Shown piece after piece: positions 58,062-64,000 of a stretch of 64,000 nt of DNA. Every line of letters begins with the position of its first letter. Within the stretch, counting starts at the first letter, position 1. A program made the translations under genes and the position numbers. The notes under the pieces are model-generated. The model was not told where the DNA came from, did no database searches, and was given only the letters and a program-made list of their open reading frames with translations. The DNA is from Candidatus Poribacteria bacterium (lineage in GTDB: Bacteria; Poribacteria; WGA-4E; PCPOR2b): NCBI GenBank assembly GCA_965116925.1, contig OZ220744.1:5248001-5312000 (forward strand). Reading direction: 5' to 3'.

Positions 58062-58420
58062 TTGTTACCTCCAAAAATAGTTTGCGTCAACAGTTAAATA
58101 ACCCTTTGTATCATCTTACATAGGATGCTAAAGCAGGCTTGTTTTTTTTTGTGGCAGACGATTTACCAGTCGATGGAGAGACGCTCACACGATAGAATCC
58201 TGACTGGAAAGATGTGCAGAGTCAGCGGCGATCCGTCATCCACCGGCTATTCACGCAGAAAATCTCGCGAAAAAGTGAAATTCTCGTACTCTAACCTTGC
58301 ACTCACTGTTAAAACGCAGAAATCGCCCGAACGACTTAGAGATTTCTCGATATTATCAACACCTTATTAATTGTATTCCAAGATAACCATTCGGTCAAGA
58401 AAAAAATGAGCCTACCTCTA

Positions 58421-59515
58421 TTACACATCATTAATTATTTTTTTGTTTTGAATCTCAATCCATCTCTTCTGCTGTGTAGATTCAACGACAGCGTCAATTG
58501 CTGACTGCGCCTTCCAGCCATCAAGGAAGGAGGGATCTCGATCCGAGTTAAGTTTTCCCCTGAGAATTCCCTCAACAAAGCAGCCCATCATTCGCCCTAG
58601 GGCGTGCGGTTTGCCTTCGGCAGCTTCAGGTGGTAGATCAATTGTCTCCCAATCACCGTCCCGGTGACGAAACCGTAAGCCCTCCTCGTGACCACGACTC
58701 AAGTAAGAGAACAGCACCCCCTCCTCACCGATAACCTCAATATATTTGTTTTCTGGGCGTGACGGCGTAATACTGCTGACAAAAAACTGACCTTTCAAGC
58801 CAGATTCAGTCTCGAACCAAGCGGCAGCAAGATCATCGGTATCAATCGGAGTTGGTTCACCTGTACTAACGTGTGGGCGAACGCGCGGCACGTTATGCAA
58901 CACACCGCACACCTGCGTGATATCGCCACATACCCACCGAATCGCATCAAAAAAGTGGGAACCCATATCGCCAAGAATGCCGGTGCCAGAAAGGCTTTTT
59001 TGATTACGCCATGCTGCCGTTGCCGATGATTGCAGCGCACCCCAGCCATCGCATTGAATGCGAACATAAAGGGGTTTGCCAATCGTGCCCTTTTTGAACA
59101 TTTGGCGTAATTTATAGAGGCAATGTGTGTAGCGGAATGTAAAGGCGACCTGATGAATCTTACCGCTGGCTTCAGCAATATCATACATCTCGCGCGCTTC
59201 GGAGACATTCATTGCTAAGGGTTTCTCGCAGAAAACGTGCTTTCCCGCCTGGAGTGCCTCTATCGCAATCGGATGGTGGAAGACGTTTGGTGTCACGATT
59301 GTTACTGCATCAATTGTGTCATCAGCGATCACATCTGCGTGGTCTGTATAGGTTTTTGGAACACCAAATTTGAGTGCAGTTTGCTCGCACAAATCACGGT
59401 TGCGACGGCACAGTGCGACAACCTCTGCGTTGGGGTGACGCTGCAAGCCGGGGATTTGACACTCCTCTGCAAATCTACCGGCACCAATCACGGCAAAACG
59501 GAGTTTACGGTCCAT
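58421..59515 (-). CDS. Gfo/Idh/MocA oxidoreductase
   Basis: FAVIGAG, GKHVFCEKPLA, GILGDMGSH. Confidence 0.92.
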   Translation of the reverse strand: MDRKLRFAVIGAGRFAEECQIPGLQRHPNAEVVALCRRNRDLCEQTALKFGVPKTYTDHADVIADDTIDAVTIVTPNVFHHPIAIEALQAGKHVFCEKPLAMNVSEAREMYDIAEASGKIHQVAFTFRYTHCLYKLRQMFKKGTIGKPLYVRIQCDGWGALQSSATAAWRNQKSLSGTGILGDMGSHFFDAIRWVCGDITQVCGVLHNVPRVRPHVSTGEPTPIDTDDLAAAWFETESGLKGQFFVSSITPSRPENKYIEVIGEEGVLFSYLSRGHEEGLRFRHRDGDWETIDLPPEAAEGKPHALGRMMGCFVEGILRGKLNSDRDPSFLDGWKAQSAIDAVVESTQQKRWIEIQNKKIINDV

Positions 59516-59590
59516 GCGATTTCTCCTTGATTCTGCTTTCCTAGTCCTTCATGAATGGAGGTGGGGGGTAACTCGCGCAGGTTTGGCAAG

Positions 59591-60421
59591 CTAATTCAAT
59601 TTAGCAATCTGTTGGGTCAGGACACGGATATTCCTAGAAATTTCCTCCTGATCTGGTGGATCAGCCGATAGGTGGAGATAAGTATTAAAAGCAGCCAAAG
59701 ACTTACCGTAGGCGTTGACTTGGTAGTACAGGTAACCGAGATCCCGATAGTCTTGCGCGGATTCAGTGGCAAGCCATGTGATCTGCTCCGCAGTTCTAAC
59801 CGCTTTCTCATACGCCCCTTCCCTGAAATGGATCTGTCTCAGGTTTCGCAGCATCCGCGCAAGAATCTCCTTATTTGTAACCGCTTGCAGAAACTGCGGA
59901 TGCATCGACATGGGCTCACGGAAAATCTGCGTCAACCTTTCGGTGAGATCCGCATCGGACAAAATTTGCCCTTTCTCAAACGGATCGATCACGGTTTCTA
60001 AGTCCCGATGCTTGACGATAAAGTGTCCGGGGAAACCGACTCCCACCAACGGCAATCCAATCCGCTTGCCAATCTCCATATACACCACTGAAAGCGTTAT
60101 CGGAATGCCAATTTTGCGCTCAAGCACTTCGTTGAGATAGCTATTCCGTGCATCGTAATAATGTTCTTGGCTGCTGCCCACAAATCCCTGCGTCTCAAAT
60201 AGATAGTGGTTGAGGTGGTGAATCTGTTCACTCGTATTCGCTTCGTCACCAATCTGCGATTGCAGTTCTTCAGCCATTTGGTTTAATCGTTGTAGATACA
60301 CCTCAATGTCCAGATCAGCATAGGCATCTTTGGCAATCAAGAGAGCACCCGTAGCCAAATCAATCTGGTCATTTTCTAGTTGTGCGAGCTCAAAAAGAGC
60401 ATCTCCAGCTGCGTTTTTCAT
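59591..60421 (-). CDS. SirB1/transglutaminase-like protein with C-terminal TPR
   Basis: YYDARNSYLNEVLERKIGIPITLS, GVGFPGHF, ILARMLRNL. Confidence 0.88.
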   Translation of the reverse strand: MKNAAGDALFELAQLENDQIDLATGALLIAKDAYADLDIEVYLQRLNQMAEELQSQIGDEANTSEQIHHLNHYLFETQGFVGSSQEHYYDARNSYLNEVLERKIGIPITLSVVYMEIGKRIGLPLVGVGFPGHFIVKHRDLETVIDPFEKGQILSDADLTERLTQIFREPMSMHPQFLQAVTNKEILARMLRNLRQIHFREGAYEKAVRTAEQITWLATESAQDYRDLGYLYYQVNAYGKSLAAFNTYLHLSADPPDQEEISRNIRVLTQQIAKLN

Positions 60422-60736
60422 AACTGTGGACGGGGTTTGTGTCCTCCACCTTCCCTTTTTTTTGACATTCTCAGATGAGATCGCTATCGTTGTGAGTTTC
60501 AGACTTCTCAAAACAGGCTTTGATTCTCGGAGTCCTTGATGCAATCAGGACTTGAAAAGATCTGGAAAATGCGGTATCATGGGTATCAGATTCACCTGCA
60601 TTGGGCGATCTTTTCGTTTCATAATACTGCCCTGACAGAACTCATATTATTGGGTCAAAAGATATTTTACCATAACCACGACGACTTTCCCACCTCCATT
60701 ATCTAGAAACCGCCGGTGGTAGGAGCAAAGCATATC

Positions 60737-62758
60737 ATGACTAACAACATACAAGAACGCCGAGAATTGAGAACATTTCAACCAGAAGATATTGTCGGGA
60801 TGAAAGGATTGAGTGGATCAGTGATCTCGCCCGACGGTAAATGGGCCGCATTTGTCCGAACCGTTCCAATCCTTGAAGTGGAAAAGAGCGAACATCGAGG
60901 TCATATTTGGCTAATTTCAACCGATGGCGGTGAACCGTTCCAGTTGACGAATGGTCCCAACGGAGACAGCAATCCGCAATGGTCCCCCGACAGCACACGG
61001 CTTGCCTTTGTCTCAAAACGTGAAGACGGCAAAACGCAAATCTGGATTATTCCAATTGGGGGTGGCGAGGCAAAGCAACTCACCTATACAAAAAACGGCG
61101 CGTCAAATCCGCGATGGTCATTCGATGGAAAACGGATCGCATTTCTGAAGGCTGAGGAAGATAGCGCAGATGAACAGAAGCGGAAGAAAGCCGGGGATGA
61201 CCGGGTGATCATAGGGACAGATGACTTCACGCAGCAGCATCTGTGGACTATTGAGGTCGAAACACTAGACGATGAGCCTGAATTGCTCTTTAATTTGCCG
61301 GAGGAGGGGGTGGATGAAAATGTCATTGTGGACAGATCCCAGAGATTGACAGGAGGAGATTTCCACGTCAGCGAGCCTTGTTGGTCGCCAGATGGGCAGC
61401 AGATCGTCTTTGTCTCCACATCTTCCCCAAAGGCAGATGATACGATGTTTAACGGGGTTGTTCACATTGTTGACCTTGAAACGAAGCACATCCGAAAATT
61501 GACGGCGCACACCGGCGGAGAGAGTTCGCCGCGTTGGTCGCCCGATGAGGGACATATCGCATACTTGCATAGTTCAGCAGGATATGGTCAGAAAGACCTC
61601 CACACCATCTCAGCGGAAGGCGGCACATCAACAAACCTGACCGCCACCCAGCTCGATCGTAACGCCGACCTACCAGTCTGGTCCCCGGATGGAGAGACCA
61701 TCTACTTCATTGCAATGGATCGGGTGCGTTGGCAACTCTATTCTGCTTCAACAGCGGAGGGCGAAATTCGTCAAATCACCCGTGGCGATTGTGTCATTGG
61801 AGAGATTTCCATTGCCGATGATGGCGATACATTCTTGTGTGCTCGCAGTGAGGCACACGCCCCAACGGATATTTGGGTTGGTGCTATCCGCACAGGGGAG
61901 ATGAAGCAGCTCACAAAACTCAATCCACAACTAGAAAACTTCGCTCTCGGGGAAGTGCAGGTGATTCGGTGGCAGAGCAGCGACGGACTTGAGATCGAAG
62001 GCTTACTCTGTTTGCCCGTTGGCTACGAAGCGGGTAAAAGCTATCCGCTGATTGTCGAGCCGCACGGCGGTCCCCGTAGCTCACGCGATTTGGGGTTCAA
62101 ACCGACATGGCACTATTTCAGCGGCGAAGGTTTTGCCTATTTTGCCCCGAATTTCCGCGGCGGGGATGGATACGGAAACGACTTCGCCACAGCAAACTAC
62201 AATGATTGGGGTGGTGGCGACTATCGGGATATCATGACGGGCATAGATTTTCTGATTGAAGAGGGGATCGCTGATCCTGACCGTCTAATCGTCGGCGGCT
62301 CAAGCTACGGCGGCTATATGACAAGTTGGATTATCACTCACTCTAACCGCTTTAAAGCCGCCTGTAATGTTTGTGGTGTCATCAATCTAGTCAGCTTTTA
62401 TGCCCAAACCGATATTCCGAGTTTTATGTCGCTCTACTTTGCCGGTCCTCCGTCACAGAGCTTAGAATTGTATCGTGAACGGTCGCCGATTAACCATGTG
62501 GATCGCGCCCAAACCCCAACTCTCATCCTGCACGGTGAGGAGGATATCCGAGTTCCTTTGCCACAATCAGAGGAGTTCTACGCTGGCCTCAAAGCGGCCG
62601 GGGTTGAGACAGTGTTTGTCAAATATCCACGCGAAGGCCATAGTATTGGGGAACCGCGTCATCAGTTGGATATGCTCAAGCGACAGTTAGCGTGGTATAA
62701 TAAGTATGTGACTCATGATGCGAACGGTGGTAGGCAGGAGGGAGGGGAGAGCGTGTGA
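60737..62758 (+). CDS. S9 family (prolyl oligopeptidase/acylaminoacyl) peptidase
   Basis: WSPD propeller repeats, HGGP, GSSYGG, HGEEDIRV, EGH. Confidence 0.92.
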   Translation: MTNNIQERRELRTFQPEDIVGMKGLSGSVISPDGKWAAFVRTVPILEVEKSEHRGHIWLISTDGGEPFQLTNGPNGDSNPQWSPDSTRLAFVSKREDGKTQIWIIPIGGGEAKQLTYTKNGASNPRWSFDGKRIAFLKAEEDSADEQKRKKAGDDRVIIGTDDFTQQHLWTIEVETLDDEPELLFNLPEEGVDENVIVDRSQRLTGGDFHVSEPCWSPDGQQIVFVSTSSPKADDTMFNGVVHIVDLETKHIRKLTAHTGGESSPRWSPDEGHIAYLHSSAGYGQKDLHTISAEGGTSTNLTATQLDRNADLPVWSPDGETIYFIAMDRVRWQLYSASTAEGEIRQITRGDCVIGEISIADDGDTFLCARSEAHAPTDIWVGAIRTGEMKQLTKLNPQLENFALGEVQVIRWQSSDGLEIEGLLCLPVGYEAGKSYPLIVEPHGGPRSSRDLGFKPTWHYFSGEGFAYFAPNFRGGDGYGNDFATANYNDWGGGDYRDIMTGIDFLIEEGIADPDRLIVGGSSYGGYMTSWIITHSNRFKAACNVCGVINLVSFYAQTDIPSFMSLYFAGPPSQSLELYRERSPINHVDRAQTPTLILHGEEDIRVPLPQSEEFYAGLKAAGVETVFVKYPREGHSIGEPRHQLDMLKRQLAWYNKYVTHDANGGRQEGGESV

Positions 62759-62957
62759 CAAGTGCGTTCCAACATTCTCTCATTTTTAATTTTCATGTTG
62801 ACCCTTTTTTGTCAGTAGAGGTATAATGCACATCAGCGCGAAAGGTGACGGACAAGTGCCGTGAGTGTTGAAATTCGTTTGGTAACCGAAATAGACGAAG
62901 GATAACTGTGGGAACGTTTCCCGGATTACCCATAAGCCGAATACAAGGAGGTTGGTC

Positions 62958-64000
62958 ATGGACACAATAACAATCAACCAAATGGTACAAAATACCATAC
63001 AGCAACATGGTTCAGCAACTGCGCTATCTCACAAAGTTGACAAGGAGTATCAGGACATCTCTTATGCATCGCTTGCAGAGCGGATCAAGCACTTCTGTTT
63101 AGGGCTGATTGAACTCGGCTTGCAAAAGGGAGATCGGGTCGCGCTGCTATCTGAAAACCGTCCGGAGTGGGCAATAACCGACCTAGCGATTCTCGCCGGT
63201 GGTGGGGTCACCGTGCCGATGTTTTCGACGCTGACATCCGCACAGGTGGAGTACATCGTCAGAGATTCAGGGGCAAAGATCCTCTGCGTATCTAGCGAGA
63301 GGCAGCTGCAGAAGATCAAGGACTGGGATGAAAATGTACCAACAAGTCTTCAGCACATTATTATTTTTGATGAGCTGCAAGATGACTCGGTACGCACATT
63401 CGATCAGGTGTGTGAACTTGGGCAGGGGGTTGAAAACGGGGATCAGGTCTACCAGCAATCTAACGAAGCTGTTACACCGGACGACCTCGCCTCAATTATT
63501 TATACCTCCGGCACAACGGGCGATCCGAAGGGCGCGATGCTGACCCATAGCAATTTTATGTCGAATATACAGGCAGCCACGGGGATTGTAACACTTACCC
63601 CTGATGACGTTTTCCTCTCTTTCCTCCCACTGTCCCATGTATTTGAACGGATGGGAGGACACTATCTGCCACTTAGCAGTGGTGCGACAATTGCGTATGC
63701 TGAAAGCCCGTTTACTATTCGCCAGAATATGCAAGAGGTCCGTCCGACAGTTATGATGAGTGTGCCGCGTGTCTATGAGGCGATGCACGAAAGAATTCTC
63801 AACTCTGTCAAGGAAGGTTCTCCGACTAAACAGAAGATCTTTCACTGGAGCGTCGGTGTCGGATCGAAGGTGAGTCAAGCCATCCAACAGAAGAAGAAGC
63901 CTTCCCTTGGCTTATCGATGAAGGCGAGTATTGCCAATAAATTGGTCTTTGAAAAACTTAAGGCGGTAACCGGCGGGCGGCTACGCTTCTTTGTTTCCGG
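62958..64000 (+). CDS. long-chain fatty acid-CoA ligase (partial, runs off window end)
   Basis: AAGGAGG RBS; GDRVALLSENRPEW, IIYTSGTTGDPKGAMLTH, SFLPLSHVFER; not in ORF track because no stop in window. Confidence 0.9.
   Translation, partial: MDTITINQMVQNTIQQHGSATALSHKVDKEYQDISYASLAERIKHFCLGLIELGLQKGDRVALLSENRPEWAITDLAILAGGGVTVPMFSTLTSAQVEYIVRDSGAKILCVSSERQLQKIKDWDENVPTSLQHIIIFDELQDDSVRTFDQVCELGQGVENGDQVYQQSNEAVTPDDLASIIYTSGTTGDPKGAMLTHSNFMSNIQAATGIVTLTPDDVFLSFLPLSHVFERMGGHYLPLSSGATIAYAESPFTIRQNMQEVRPTVMMSVPRVYEAMHERILNSVKEGSPTKQKIFHWSVGVGSKVSQAIQQKKKPSLGLSMKASIANKLVFEKLKAVTGGRLRFFVS

Overview
A 64-kb window of bacterial chromosome. The gene mix (six Gfo/Idh/MocA oxidoreductases, several PhyH-type dioxygenases, a DUF4159 protein, many short palindromic repeats) is Poribacteria/PVC-like, which is an inference only. 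Most of it is ordinary catabolic and housekeeping content, including an N-methylglutamate-pathway cluster (mgsABC-like plus gmaS/glnT), bioD, mmsA and msrA. The standout is a two-gene module at 22498-26501. An ECF sigma factor with no anti-sigma gene is followed by an intact 1062-aa ORF that reads as a miniaturised single-chain fusion of RNA polymerase beta and beta'. It keeps NADFDGD, both beta active-site lysines and the sigma-binding clamp helices, but apparently lacks the flap, Zn-binding domain, trigger loop and jaw. Also notable: an IsrB (OMEGA) IS200/IS605 element inserted exactly between the msrA RBS and its ATG; two cargo insertions in the mgs operon (a ShosTA-like PRTase+DprA pair and a DUF4926-like gene), each flanked by a diverged duplicate of the upstream gene's 3' end; and several MITE/REP families, some with clear target-site duplications. 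All family assignments and alignments were made by eye from motifs; no database searches were run.
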